Below are positions 27,780 through 43,075 of a DNA stretch of 64,000 bases, in pieces. Position numbers and translations under genes: made by a program. Source of the DNA: the human T2T-CHM13v2.0 reference genome, Homo sapiens. The DNA lies in NCBI RefSeq assembly GCF_009914755.1, contig NC_060940.1; one strand, 5' to 3'. Below the pieces are notes generated by a model. That model made no database searches and was not told the origin of the DNA. It was given only the letters and a program-made list of their open reading frames with translations. How positions within the stretch are numbered: the first letter of the stretch is position 1; each line of letters begins with the position of its first letter.

Positions 27780-29676
27780 TATTTGAACATAATAATAGTA
27801 GCTGTTAAATCTATGAAGAATAATGGAAATAAAATATTTTATTTTGATTTAATTTATTCCTTGTCTAATGTTCTTTTTTGTTTATATAGATCTGAGTTTC
27901 TGACCTATATTATTTTTCTTCTTTCTGAAGAATTTCTTGTCACATTTTTTGCAAGGTAGGTCTACTGGTGACAAATTCTGTCAGTGTTTGTTTGTGTAAG
28001 AAAGTCTTTATTGCTCCTTCGCTTTTGAAGAATGACTTCTCTTGATAAAGAATTAGAAATTTGTTGTGGGGAGGGGGCGGCGTGTATCAACATTTCACTT
28101 CACTCTTTTCTTGCTTCCATGGTTTCTGAGAAGTCTCATAGAATTCTTACCTTTGTTCCTCTATCAGTAAGGTTTGCTTTTCTTTTGGCTTTAATGATTT
28201 GCTCTTGGTCTTTGATTTTCTGAAGTTTGAGTATATGTCTAGGTTTAGTTTCTGTGGAGTTTGCTCTCTCTCTGTTACTATTGTTATTTTATTGTTATAA
28301 TTTATTCTTGGTGTCCTCTGAACTTCTTGAATCTGTGGTTTTGTGTAGAATTGTAATGTAATTTTTCTACATTTCTTGATCATTTGTTTCTGTCTTTTAC
28401 ATTCTTTTTTTTCTCTTTGCATTATCATTTAAGAAATTTTTCTTGATATTCCTTCAAGCTCCCTGATTCTTTCCTACCCTGTGTCCAGTCTATTTAGCTC
28501 AGCAAAGGTATTCTTTCTTTCTGTTACAATGATTTCGATTTCTAGTATTTCTTTTTATTCTTTTGTAGAGTTTCCATCTCTCTGTTTACATCACCCATCT
28601 TTTTTTTTTGCAAGCCATACTCATTTTTTATTAGAACCCTTAGCCTATTAGTCATAGTTGTTTTAAATTACCACTGTGAAGATCTAACATCTCTGTCATA
28701 TCTGAACCTGGTGCTAATTCTTGCTATGTCTCTTCCAACTGTGGGGTGTTGGGTTTTTGGGTTTTTTTTCTTTTTTGGCCTTTGATTATACTTTGCAAAT
28801 TTTTGTTGAAAGAAGTACATGATGTGCTGTGCAAAAGGAACTGAGGTAAATAGGTGTTTAGTGAGATTTTCTGTTTATATGGATAGGAGTTTGATTGTGT
28901 TTACTATTTGCTTTAGCTACAGGTGTCAGAAGCCTAAACTTCCTCTGGTGTTCTTCACTTTCTCTCCCCTATTTTATGGGAGTCTTATGTTAATGTATAC
29001 ATGTGTGGAGACATTCTATAATCCTATGATCAGGTTTCCGTCCTTTAATGAGCCTCTGTCCCTCACAAGTGCTCCTCATAATTTTTGCCCCCTTGAATGT
29101 GACAGGAAGGCTAAAACTTACTGGAATTGGTTATTTCCCTTCTGGTTGGTTGGGTTCTGACAAAATCCATCAGTTAGGTTATGGTAAAATAGATTTTCCT
29201 CAAGGCAGACCTTTTTGCTGTTCTGGAAGTATTCAGAATGGCCACTTGTCCCCTCACTCTGCAGATTTTCACTGTGAGAACCTGGTAGGGCTCCTGGAGG
29301 TAAAACTTACAAAAGTATCTCTCCTAAGTAGCTCTCCTAAGACTGAGCCTCCCTGGTGTTTTTAACACTTACACTTGCCTACACTGGGCCTCCAGGAATT
29401 TGGCAATTACAGTTTAGGTATTCTTACCCTAGAACTTGTTTCTATGGGGGTTTCTATTAGAGGGCTTCTACTCTTGTATGTTGTTATTCCCTTTAACTAC
29501 CTGTATGTATCTCCAATTTGAGGGGCAGTAGTTTCCCCTGTGACCTTCGTTGTTTGCCAGATTTAGGAAGAGTTGTTGATTTTCAACTTGTTCAGCATTT
29601 TTTTTTTATTTTGTTTTTTGGTTAGGTGAGTGATGACTTCCAAACTCTTTACATGCCAGACTGGAAACTGGAAGTC
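27780..29676 (-). mobile_element. Old L1M (MC/MD-type) ORF1 and 5' UTR region
   Basis: ORF 28147-28428 KPQIQEVQRTPRIN resembles ORF1p; 5' end on the minus strand GACTTCCAGTTTCCAGTCTGGCATG. Confidence 0.7.
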
Positions 29677-29855
29677 CTCCTCAGATTTAACTGCTAAGAA
29701 ATTTAGTACTTCCTTTGAGAAAGTCTTTGATGTTTATTTTAAAAAGAGTAGGGTGTTCTCAGCTAAATATTTTTTTAACCAGCTGAAGAACAAAGCCAAA
29801 TTTTTGTTGATTGAACAACTGAATTCCTCTTTTTGAAAAGTCTGTTGCACAGTGA

Positions 29856-30387
<532 letters not shown>

Positions 30388-32266
30388 TAAAAATTTTATA
30401 TTTATTACAAGATTTATATTTAGTTTATATTGATGCAAACATTTGTGCAAGCTGCCTCAATTTCAAAAATTAAAACTATAGGTTTATACATTATATTTTG
30501 TTACTAGTTAACAGAAAGGGCTGAATTCTATGCAAGGAGAAAAAGGGAGGAAAAACGTGTATTTTTCCCTTGAGGGTCTCAGTTTTAATCTTAGGTTTGT
30601 TCATCTAACTGACATCACCCAGTTCAAATCACTTCTCCACAACTCAGTTTCTTCACCTACAAAATGAGAAGTTAAAGTTGGAAAGGACCTTATAAATCTT
30701 TTCTGGAATTCTCTCACCTTCATTTAAATGGATGTTTCACAAAAGGCAAAGAAACAAGGAAAAATCACCAAACTTCCACTATATGTGTGATTTCTACCAC
30801 ACTACAACATTGCTTATGGGAAAAATTATACCTATTAACTCTTAATTCAAGCCTATACTCAAGGAATGTAACATTCACTACAGAAACTCAGATTATACAT
30901 TCTACCCTTTTTTTAAAAAAATGGGATAACATATACAACAGATCTTTTGTGTTCTTTTATCACCTAAGATTTTCTCTGCAGTTCTCTGAATTTCTAGATA
31001 GAAAATTCAATTGTATACCTTAAATTGTTGGGAATGAATGAATATAATCATTAAACTAGGATTATTAAGGATTGAACATGAGGTATGTGTGTGGAGGAAG
31101 TTGTGGAGGCAGAAAAAAATATATTTCACCCAATTAGTACCTTAAACTTTATAAATATTAGTGCATTTGATTAATATAAGTAATGTATGGAATAGCCATT
31201 CTGTGTTGTATTCAGTATGGAAATATTTGAAAGCAGCCTCTGTTTTTGTTTTTCCACATTGTTCCTTTTCTCACTTGAGAAATTTCTGGGTCACTAAGGG
31301 AAAAGCACTTGGGTCTAATTCAATTTCTAGATGGTTAAACAATATCAGAAATGCCAAACTGTTGAACCTCAACTCAACTTAAAAACTGTGCCCTGTACAC
31401 TCACTCAGTAAGCTTATGGTCTGCTTCACTCTTTTCTCTACCAGATTGCCCCTTTGCCTTTTCATTCCTTTATAAAGCAACATTTCTTCCAGGTGAACAC
31501 CCCAGCAAGGGCAGGCATCTAGAGTGGCCTCATCTATTAAGGTGACACAGTTAATCACCTTTGACAATATTCATCTGTGGCTGAAGTGAAGCATTTCCAG
31601 ATCAGAAATGACATTTTTATATTATAGTGCTATTAACACCTACATCCACAAATGCAGAGATTTTGCCCAAGAATGCTAAAATTCACTTCAAAATAAATTA
31701 TTTGACACCTAGATTGGTTAATGCCTGGTCAAATATTAACATAGACTTTTCAGGGCACATATAAATATGAACAATGTTGTACAAAGCTTTCTTAAAGTAG
31801 TATGAAGAAAAGAAGGTAGGAATAACCAAGTAGTAAAAAGGTTGGGAGTATTTGCTTCATTGTCAGTACTGGATGATATAGGTACAAATATTAATGTTCT
31901 TGCCACTTCCTTCATGCTCATGGGGAGGACACACAAATAGATAACTCCAGCCTACCCACAAACAGATGCTTAGTGCTAGAAGAATACTGCAAAGTATTGT
32001 GATGGAGGATGAAACAAGGATACAGCCTGCTAAGGAGTTCATGTAATGCTTCTTAGAGCAGGAGGACTCTGGGCTGGATGATGAAGAACAAGTAACAGCC
32101 ATCCAAGTGAAGAAGTGAGGGTGGTGCATTTTAGTGTGGGGATATGCACAGAGACCAATAGAAATAGAATCAGTAGAGTAGTTGAAGTAGTCCAAGAAGT
32201 AAAACAGAGTGAGATATGAGGCTGACATAAAAAGTAAGAACAGGGTCTTAGAAAGCTTGGTATATT

Positions 32267-32570
32267 GGTCGGGTGCAGTGGCTCACGCCTGTAATCCCAG
32301 CACTTTGGGAGGCCAAAGCAGGCAGATCATGAGGTCAGGAGTTCGAGACTAGCCTGGCCAACATGGTGAAACCCCGTCTCTACTACAAATACAAAAATCA
32401 GCTGGGCGTGGTGGCGGGCACCTGTAATCCCAGCTACTGGGGAGACTGAGGCAGGAGAATCGCTTGAACCTGGCAGGTGGAGGTTGCAGAGCCCAGATCG
32501 CACCATTGCACTATAGCCTGGTGACAGAGCGAGACTCCGTCTCAAAAAAAAAGAAAAAAAAGAAGAAGAA
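32267..32570 (+). mobile_element. AluS (Sg/Sc-like)
   Basis: TSD AGAAAGCTTGGTATAT at 32250-32265 and 32571-32586. Confidence 0.95.
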
Positions 32571-33298
32571 AGAAAGCTTGGTATATCACATTCAGATGCT
32601 CAGAATTTACCCTGTAAAGCATGAGGTTTATGCAGTTTGAAAGAGAAGAATGATTACCAATGAAATTCTGTATGTCCCAAGGGAGACTGCCAAACTCTGA
32701 TCACTGATCTTACCTCCAAAATAATAGGATTATAAGAAAGCTTGCAGATAACTTTTGATTCCTCCTTGCTTTTAACAGATGAAGAAACTGACACTTAGAG
32801 AAAGGTGAAAGTGATTTGTTTTAGGTCACATGGCAGAACTGTGGAAAATGTATGGTTAAAATTGAAATATCAAAAATCTCAGCATAGGATTATTCTCATG
32901 CAAATTAGATCCTTCTCCAGATCTAGTCAAATCTAATTTAGTGCTACAGTACCTTCCAACTCAATATAAGGTTATCATTTTCTAATTTAAAATAAGACAA
33001 AACTTAGGAAGTTAGCCGAACAGTTTGGAAGTTATTATTTGGAAGAATCAGCAGCATTCATGTCATAATTCACCAGTTCAGAATGTTAAATATCTAGCAA
33101 GAAGCCAAATTGGACATCAGAAGAATTCTGTTCTGTCTGCTAACTAAATAGGTTATTTTAGGTAATAACCTTTTGCCTCAGTGTTTTAATCTATAAAATG
33201 GAATTAAGTCTAGACTATCAACACTATTCACCTGCATAGAGAGTGTAAGAATAACGTGATAATAGATGTGGAACTGTATATTTAAAACTGAGTTTTTC

Positions 33299-33752
33299 CC
33301 TTCCTGTGTCCATGAGTTCTCATTGTTCAATTTCCACCTATGAGGGAGAACACGTGGTGTTTGGTTTTATGTCCTTGCGATAGTTTGCTGAGAATGATGG
33401 TTTCCAGCTTCATCCACGTCCCTACAAAGGACATGAACTCATCATTTTTTATGGCTGCATAGTATTCCATGGTGTATTATGTGCCACATTTTCTTAATCC
33501 AGTCTATCATTGTTGGACATTTGGGTTGCTTCCAAGTCTTTGCTATTGTGAATAGTGCCACAATAAACATACATGTGCATATGTCTTTATGGGGAGGGGG
33601 GAGGGATAGCCAGAGGAGATATACCTAATGTTAAATGATGAGTTACTGGGTGCAGCACACCAACATGGCACATGTATACATATGTAACAAACCTGCACAT
33701 TGTGCACATGTACCCTAAAACTTAAAGTATAATAAAAAAAAACAAACCAAAA
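33299..33752 (+). mobile_element. L1PA with 5' inversion (twin priming)
   Basis: Antisense L1 33299-33590 joined to sense L1 3' end 33591-33752; TSD AAAACTGAGTTTTTC at 33284-33298 and 33753-33767. Confidence 0.95.
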
Positions 33753-33849
33753 AAAACTGAGTTTTTCATGTCAGTGTTTCCCATATGGTGCATAACCCAC
33801 TAGGACTACACAAGATGATTTTAGGTGGTAAGGGAAAAAATAAGCAAAT

Positions 33850-34463
33850 GATTACATTGCCTCTCAGCTCCAAATCCACTCTTCTTTGCCTTGATGTATT
33901 TTCTCAGCTTGATCAAGTAAATATTTCTCCCTTGACAGGTGGTGCAATACTGGGCTTTGTCAATAGAGGATGTGAGAGAAATGTGGGAAGGTGTAGAAAG
34001 AACAAAGCGCTTGTCATCTTTGTTCCTGTATTTTCCTTCCTCTTGTGGCTCTCAGTGGTGTGCAGGACATTTAGCGGCATTCAATGTTTAATCAGTTTCT
34101 TAGGCCTCTTCTTTTGGGCTAGCTCCAGTTCACTGACATCTTAGTTGGTGGCTTCCTGTGCATAAGCTCTTCCCCAAGTCATGTCAAACCTTTCCCCCCT
34201 TCCAGAGAGCTGCATTCAAGGACAGAATCTCAGCACTGGGAGCTAGGGCTCTTCAAGTTGCATTCACTTCTTGAGTTCTCCCTCAGCCCTGGAGGTAGCA
34301 GCTTTTCCCTCTAGCTGCGATGTCCCTATTTCTTAGAAAGTTTTTTTTTAATCTTGTTTAGTAGTTAATCACTTTTACTAGTTAATACCTTTTTATATTA
34401 ATTTTTCTCCTGCTGAAATTACTTGTGTGATTTCTGTCTTCTGACTGGTCTTTGAATAATACA
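33850..34463 (+). mobile_element. ERVL LTR (LTR41-like)
   Basis: TGCCTCTCAGCTCCAAATCCAC start; end TTTCTGTCTTCTGACTGG..TAATACA. Confidence 0.65.
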
Positions 34464-35775
34464 GAATATATATTATTTAATATTTTAAAACTATTTAATA
34501 TATTGATTACAATTTATGATTACTATGAAATTATAATTAGACTCAAATTTATTATTTTGTGGTAGAAATATAAAGTTTTCACCTCACGACAACTCACTTT
34601 TTAAATGTAAAGAAATGACTTACATATAATATTATGTAAATAAGAGTAAAGGTAGCTCAAAAATATGGCAAATTCATAGCTGTTCTATAAATGACTAGAG
34701 TTGAGGAAAGTCTAAACTGTTTAATAAGCAAAATACTTAAGACATTTAACAATAGTTCTTAGATTTCTAAATTATGTCCCTTATTAAACAGTTACATAGA
34801 ATGTACTGTCAATTTATGTGCATAATCTTATTTTGGTCTTACAACAACACTGAAAAGTTATTTTATTCCCCATTGTATGTATAAAATGAAAATTAGATTT
34901 AGATAAATTAAGTAAATTGCCCAGATAAGGTACCTAGTAAGTGGTAGATATGCAACTCAAACCCTAATCTGATGTCAACATCTATGCATACTGTTTGTGA
35001 TGGCAAAATACTGAAAATAAGCTGCAGGTCCCAATACACTAGGGGTTGGCTAAATTGTTCACCAAAAACAATAGAATGATAATTAACAAAAATAAATGAT
35101 GAGTTATTAACTGTGTATTGACCTTGAAATATAACCACGATGTATTGTGAGTTGGAAATATAAAAACAGAATAAGTTAGAGTTGTATGTATTGAATGATC
35201 CTAATTTTGTAAAACAAAATGATGCATATGCACGTACATGTGTACATATAATTATGTTTATGAAAGTCTGGGAAAAACAAAGAAGGCTGTGCATCAGATT
35301 CTTAGAGCTGGGATTTTTGAAGTGGAAGGATAGAATTTCCTTTTTACTGAAATATATGTAAGACTGTGAGTGACTTTTACTTTCTCTTTAGCTTTTTTCA
35401 GTAATTTTTGAGTGAATTTTGAAGGACATTGTGTTCTTACAACTATGCTGATTGTCTATTTTGCATAATTCTCCAGTAAAAAGAAACTTAGCAGCTGCTT
35501 TCACTGAAGGCAGCAGTGGAAGATCAGAAGAAGTAATTCCTTGAGTGCAGTATCATCAAAATGCCCAGAATGATGAGTGTTTCCTCTGTCAATTTCCCAT
35601 GCCAAGCATATTCTGGTCTCTAAAGCTGGTTAATCTGGATGAGTGGATTTCTCACCATATAGATATTGGCTAAGCAAGTTTGACTTATGGAGTCTTCTCT
35701 CAAAATATAGATATTCCCTGTTAACTTCTTCTACCATGAAGAGCTCAGCTAGATTTATAGAAGTTACAGATTCTA

Positions 35776-36079
<304 letters not shown>

Positions 36080-36139
36080 TTATAGATTCTAAACATGAAG
36101 GGTGAAAAGAATGGCATAGTGTTTTAATCACCTTCCAAC

Positions 36140-36895
36140 TACTCCATTGGTGAGAGGAGGATTCCCTCCTCAGGGTTATAGAGATGGTTAAACATAAGAC
36201 ACCCTACACTGGACAGATGAAATTACTAGTGTATTGGCCGCATGTTCTCACTCATAGGTGGGAATTGAACAATGAGAACACTTGGACACAGGAAGGGGAA
36301 CATCACACACCGGGGCCTGTTGTAGGGTGGGGGGAGGGGGGAGGGATAGCATTAGGAGATATACCTAATGTAAATGACGAGTTAATGGGTGCAGCACACC
36401 AACATGGCACATGTATATATATGTAACTAACCTGCACGTTGTGCACATGTACCCTAGAACTTAAAGTATAATACAAATATATATATATATAAAATAAATT
36501 ATTAATGTATTGGTTACATGTACTCACAGTCTGCAAGAGAAGGAGACTGCATGCCCTGTGGGGCTACATGGATTGCACAAGGGAACAGAGTGCACAACCA
36601 GAGGATATGGGAGGCAGGCTTTGTAGTACCAAAAGGAGGAGGTGCCCTCTAGTTCCTGTAGGAAAAATGTGATTGGCTTATTTCAATAGTTCCATGAGCC
36701 AACAAAAAAACGTAAAACTTGCTACTCCAAGACTGTACTTGATCCTTTGACAGTAGGATTGTTTGGCTAAGGGACCTTATTCCCAGGAGCAAAGTGGAGA
36801 AGTGAACCTGTGGTTAGGCCATTTGAGGCCCTTTTGAGTTCATCAGCTGTCAAAGCAGTACATAATGTAGACCTTAATTGTAGCTTTTACATCAC
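36140..36895 (-). mobile_element. ERVL LTR (MER54/MER74 group), interrupted by L1
   Basis: ACACTGGACAGATGA...GGTTAGGCCATTTGAGGCCC...CATCACA. Confidence 0.65.
36238..36495 (+). mobile_element. L1PA 3' end (~260 bp)
   Basis: L1 3' UTR with G-tract; TSD AAATTA(C/T)TA(G/A)TGTATTGG at 36220-36237 and 36496-36513. Confidence 0.95.
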
Positions 36896-36988
36896 ACGTG
36901 GACAACGGTTAAACTACAGTTTAACCCTAGAGGAGTTGGATTCAAACAGGGCACACTTAGAATGTGTGACTGAACTAAAATTCCAGTA

Positions 36989-37825
<837 letters not shown>

Positions 37826-38398
37826 TACTTTTCTAAATCCAGCAGGTTATTTATTCTAGGAGTTGTGTGGCAGTGTTTGCTTTTTGTCTTAAAATGTATT
37901 TGTTGACTTTGTAGAATAATATCACATATATCATAGAAAAAAAAGCACTTTATTTATTTCCATCAGCTTCCATAAATTGCTCTCAACTTCACACCAAAAA
38001 ATTAATTTCTGTCCTTGGATTAGAACTTAGGCTGTTTAAACTAGGAGATCCTTTATAAAAATAAAAAACAGCAATGGCTTTTATATCATATGGCATTTTA
38101 AATAACGAACTTAAAAATTATTTTATTACAGCACCCATAAAAACATGAGCATGGGCATTATAATTAATCTACAGCTGGGCCAAGAAACAAACATCTGCAC
38201 AGGGAATGGATTGTGCAAATAAGTACATTCTATTAAAAAGCCAGACAGATAGTAACATGTGGATTTAACTACCAAGGCACTGTAGGAAAAGCATATTTTC
38301 AGTAATAACCAGAAACACAAGTCATAAAAGTTTGTAACTCATGAAACCAACTCAGTTTGATAAACATAAATTAGATAAATAACCCAGGAAGTACTTTT

Positions 38399-38660
<262 letters not shown>

Positions 38661-40539
38661 CAGGAAGTACTTTTAAAGGACAGTATGTAAGAATTTGTTA
38701 AGAAAAAAGAATTTGTTAATCCTTCAGGGGCCATAAGATAGGCTTTGCAATGGACAGGTTGCTTTCTATCATCTGCCGGTTGTGTGACTGACCTCTTACA
38801 AGCTTGATCTCTCTAAGACTCTATTGACTCATCAGGAAAATGGGAATAATGAAACTTTTTCATATGTTTGCTGGAAAGAGTAAATAAGATTCTGCATAGC
38901 AAGGGTCTGGCAGAACCCTGGGTATACAATGAATTCTCAGTGAATATCAGTGTCATTGTTCACGAGCACTAGCAATAGTTCAACCCTTAGAAAAGCAGGC
39001 AAATTATATGTGATCCAAATGGTTCCCGAGTTATTCAGATTGATTACCTATAAATTGAACTCTTCCTAAACCCTACATAGGAATCACCTGGAAAATCTAT
39101 TAAAATGAAGTGCTCTTGATCCAAAATTCTTGGATTCTGAATCAGCATATGAGCCCATGACTAATAGAGCCCGTGAATCTACCTTTTAAAAAGCAACTAC
39201 TTCTAGTAATTCCTAGGTACACCTTAAGACACATTTGTATTTTCATCCCAAATAAGCAGATGTTTCCCAACTGCCTCCTTCACATTACCAGGATACTTAA
39301 ACATAAGCACTAGTTACACTAGCTATGTTTTAGTGAGTAAGAAGCAGAAAAGAAAAAGGCACAGAAATAATATTTGTATTACAGATACATTCAGTAAAAT
39401 ATGCTGTCTGGAAGGAAAAGTTGCTGAAAGGTTTCTGTAGGGATACAACAAGACTCGTATAAAATATGTCCGTAGTCCTTTTGGGGGATATCATAAGATT
39501 ATTTTCTAGTCGTTGCCAGGATCCTGCTTCAGAGCAATCGTCCCTCCCTAACAGCCTCCAGGAATGGAATGGCCTGATTCATTAAGGAATGGACGTCTAT
39601 TCAGATTTCAATACCCCTAGGGAATATAGGAAAAAAAATTACTGAGTTTATTTTGATTGTGTAACTCCAGTGGATATAGAAACTCTACTAAATTCAGAGA
39701 TCAGTGCCTTGTAAACATTGAGTCACAACTGGAATTCTGAAGAATGAATAGGGGAAAAAAAGAGCTGGAGAGAAATGCACCCCACTGTAAACTACTTGTG
39801 AGTGATGCAGGAGGTTTGGAGCATCTGAGGCAGGAACGAGAAGCTGTTCAAAGGGAAGATCCCAGTAGAATGTGTGTGTGTGCACATGTGTGTGCGTGTA
39901 TGCTAGAGAACTGCTCCATATCACCTTGCATCTGCCTCCTTTAAGGATGCAGCTATTACTACTACCCTAGGTGCTCATCTGATTCCCTTGATGATCCTAA
40001 GGTTCAGGCATTACTGTCCCAACTCTAGAAAACGAAACTGAGATTCAGAAAGTAACCCGCCTAAAGTCACCTAACTAGAAAGTGTCAGAAATGGAATTGG
40101 GACTTGTCTGTGTTAGGACACGTCTGTATTATTTCGAACATGCCACGTTATCTTAGAAGCAAAATAAGCAAGGATATAAAAAAGCCCCAAGCCCTTCCTT
40201 TCCTCATGCCCACTAAAATAAAAGTGTGGACAGTGTATAAAACAAAATGGAGCATGCTGGGGAAGTAAGATATGCCAGCTACATAATTTAAAACCATGGC
40301 AATAATAATCTTCCTCCCTCGGTTTTCTTCCATTCCTTCCACAAGGTATTCAATCAGTAATTGCCATACATCAGTCACTCTGCTACAAACTGTGTAGAGA
40401 ATGGTGCTTCTCTGAATTCTTGTTTCATCCTCTCCTGGATTCACTGTACTCCAGATATGCTACTTTACTTACTTTCTCTCAAATACATCATCAGTTTTTG
40501 ACCACTTTCCCATGTGCTAAGGCCCTTTTGCTTTACAAT

Positions 40540-40696
40540 TTTGTTTTTTTAGAAATGAGGTCTCAGTCTGTTGTCCAGGCTGGAGTGTACTGGAGCGATC
40601 ACAGCTCATTGCAGCCATGAATTCCTGCGCTCCAGTGATCCTCCTTCCTTGACCTCCCAAAAGCTGGGATTATAGGTATGAACCCTTGTGCCTGGC
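40540..40696 (-). mobile_element. Alu monomer (FLAM/FRAM-like)
   Basis: Single monomer; TSD-like AAG(G/A)CCCTT. Confidence 0.8.
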
Positions 40697-40849
40697 AAAG
40701 ACCCTTATATATTTAGTCTTATTTTATTCTCAGACTTATCCTATGATCCCCTAATTTCTCTTAATATCACAGAGAAAGTATTTGGTACATCAAAGATTCT
40801 TGACTTTCCTGGGGACAATCCAAGCAAATAAGGTGGAGGCAAAGGAGGG

Positions 40850-42260
40850 AAGCTATGCTTTCAGATTTTGTAAAACAAAATTGGGGGTAGCAACGGTTAT
40901 TTGAAATCTTGTAACTCTTAAGCAGTGATGCCCTACGGCCCCTTTAGCCTTCAGCACAAATAAGCTTTGACTCCTCCAGCACGTGTCAAATTTATAATCA
41001 TGGTTTATAAATATCTTCAGCCTGTAGCAAATTGCTGCCACTATTTTCTGTTTCTATCCCAAGGCATTATGAGATGAGTACTTAAACACATACACAGACA
41101 TACCTATATATTATTTGTAAAATAATGTATATCCCCTTTATCCCCAAAGCAATCTGCAGTTAGTAGTGGCATGTCGTGCTTTACTCCAGACGACTAAAAT
41201 TATACCATACTAAACCCTCCAAATGATTTGATAAATCTGGTAGAGGCAGCCCAAAAGAATGAGTATTATTGTGTCATAAATGGCCCATTAGATTGATTCC
41301 GGTAAGCAGAGAGCTTTAAAAGGCATAAATTAGGGGAATGAATTGGACTTCCCTTATGGAGTAACTCAGTGGCATTGCCAATTCCGCATGAAGCAGCCCA
41401 AACACTGCTATTCTAAGGGATGATGGCCCCAGTGACGAATTAAGTGCACATCAGGGGAGAGATGCGGCGCTCCCCACTTAATGGTTTCATTTCTCTGAAG
41501 TTGCTGGAGGTGGCCAGTACAGGACAGGCAGGGCAACCTCCCAAATATCAAGTCTCACATTGCTTTGTTGTTTAATTACGTATGCATAAATGCCAAGTGA
41601 TCTATAAAACATGAGCCTCTGACTTTTAATTGGGTGTTTTCCTGTTTCACTATCCCCTGCTGTTCCCTCTCATGTCTCTAAGCTGCTCTTTTGCTCCTCT
41701 ATTTATAGGAGAGACATTCCCAGGCCTCACGGGGCTCTGCTCCCCTTTCCTGCAGCTAGTTGCAATTATGTGAACACACAGGTCATCTTGTTGCCATGCA
41801 CTTATTTTCAAAGGAAACCCTGAAATGACTCCTTGATGGAACTTATTGGAATCCAAAATAAATCACCTTTTACTTGGGCACGGTAAACATAAAACTTCAA
41901 GGAAAACAACAAAAAAAACCCTAACTCCAAAAAAATCAATAGATCCTTATATGTTAGTTTTATTAGTGACCTTGTCAGGGTAAAATAACAACTTTCGGTT
42001 TCTCTGGCACTGAACACGCTATTTTATGGGCAGAACAAAATGGCCTTTATTTTCACCTTTCAGGGGCCGGAGGGCACATGGCTGCATAGAGGAGAGAAGA
42101 AATGCACTATATACCCCTCTATCCAGGCAGCTGGCAGATCCTCCCTTGCTTCAAGGCAGTCATTGCCTCCATGGTGTTTTCAGCCCAGGGCTAAGATTAA
42201 TGACTATGTTCATTTCATGATGGATATTGCTTTCCTACCAGGTAAACTTATCTGAAAATT
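40850..42260. promoter_or_regulatory. Candidate conserved non-coding element/enhancer
   Basis: No repeat recognised; clustered homeodomain-type motifs (see findings); function inferred only. Confidence 0.4.
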
Positions 42261-42549
42261 ACCCTGAATTAGTAAATACTTACTGAGCATTTACTACATT
42301 CTAACCATGATACTAAGCACTTCATATGCAGTATCTTTATTGCAGTTATCATTTCTTCACATTTTTCTATATTTGTTTATAATCTGCCTCCTCTAACCAG
42401 ATTATAGGCTCCAATGGGTCAAGGGCTTTGTCTATTTTGTTTATTGGTATATTACCAGGTCATTGAGCAGTTTCTAGCTAGAGTAAATAAACAATAAACA
42501 TTTATTAAATAAATGCATTATTTAATCAATATGAAAAGCAAAAGCTCTA

Positions 42550-43075
42550 TGCTATGCTCTGGTTGTTTTTGTCCTGCCCAAAATTCAGATGTTAAAATCC
42601 TAACCTTCAAGGTAATGGTATTAGGAGTTGGGGTTCTTGAGAGGTAATTAGATCATGAGAGCTCCCTCATGATGGAGATTAGTGCCCTTATAAAAAAGAA
42701 CACAAAAAGCTAGCTAACACCTTCCATTGTGTGAGGTCTCAGAGAGAAGGTGCTATCTTATTGTGTCCCCTTATTGAAGTTAGGAAGCTCTCAAAAGTTA
42801 CAATCTTTCTATAATCATATGTTTCTTACAGTAACATTGTATTTGGACACCTCTTCATTTCTACTTATATTTAATACAAAAGAAAGTTCATAAACGTACA
42901 TAATAAAATGTTAGGCATTTACATAGTTAAGGAAACATGTCTTTACCAGACACCGAATCTGCTGGTGCCTTGATTTTGGACTTCCCTGATTCCAGAACTG
43001 TAAGAAATAAATGTTTGCTGTTTATAAATCACCCAGTTTATAATATTGTTATAGCAGCCTGAAGAGACGAAGACA
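42550..43075 (+). mobile_element. MLT1A0-like MaLR solo LTR with internal templated insertion
   Basis: TGCTATG...GATTAGTGCCCTTATAAAA...[insert]...CCAGACACCGAATCTGCTGG...AAGACA. Confidence 0.88.
42757..42930 (+). repeat. Diverged direct copy of 43825-44029
   Basis: Shared TTATTGAAGTTAGGAAGCTCTCA and TCTTCATTTCTACTTATATTTAATACAAAA. Confidence 0.95.

Noticed and set aside
36238-36260. Two short L1s (6816 and 36238) truncated within ~13 nt of each other
   Set aside because: Only two events, and short 3' fragments are the commonest L1 class.
36642-36655. CTCF-like motif (minus strand GAACTAGAGGGCAC) in an LTR
   Set aside because: Lacks the conserved 5' CC of the core; the corresponding motif in the LTR41-like element (~33960) is also degraded.
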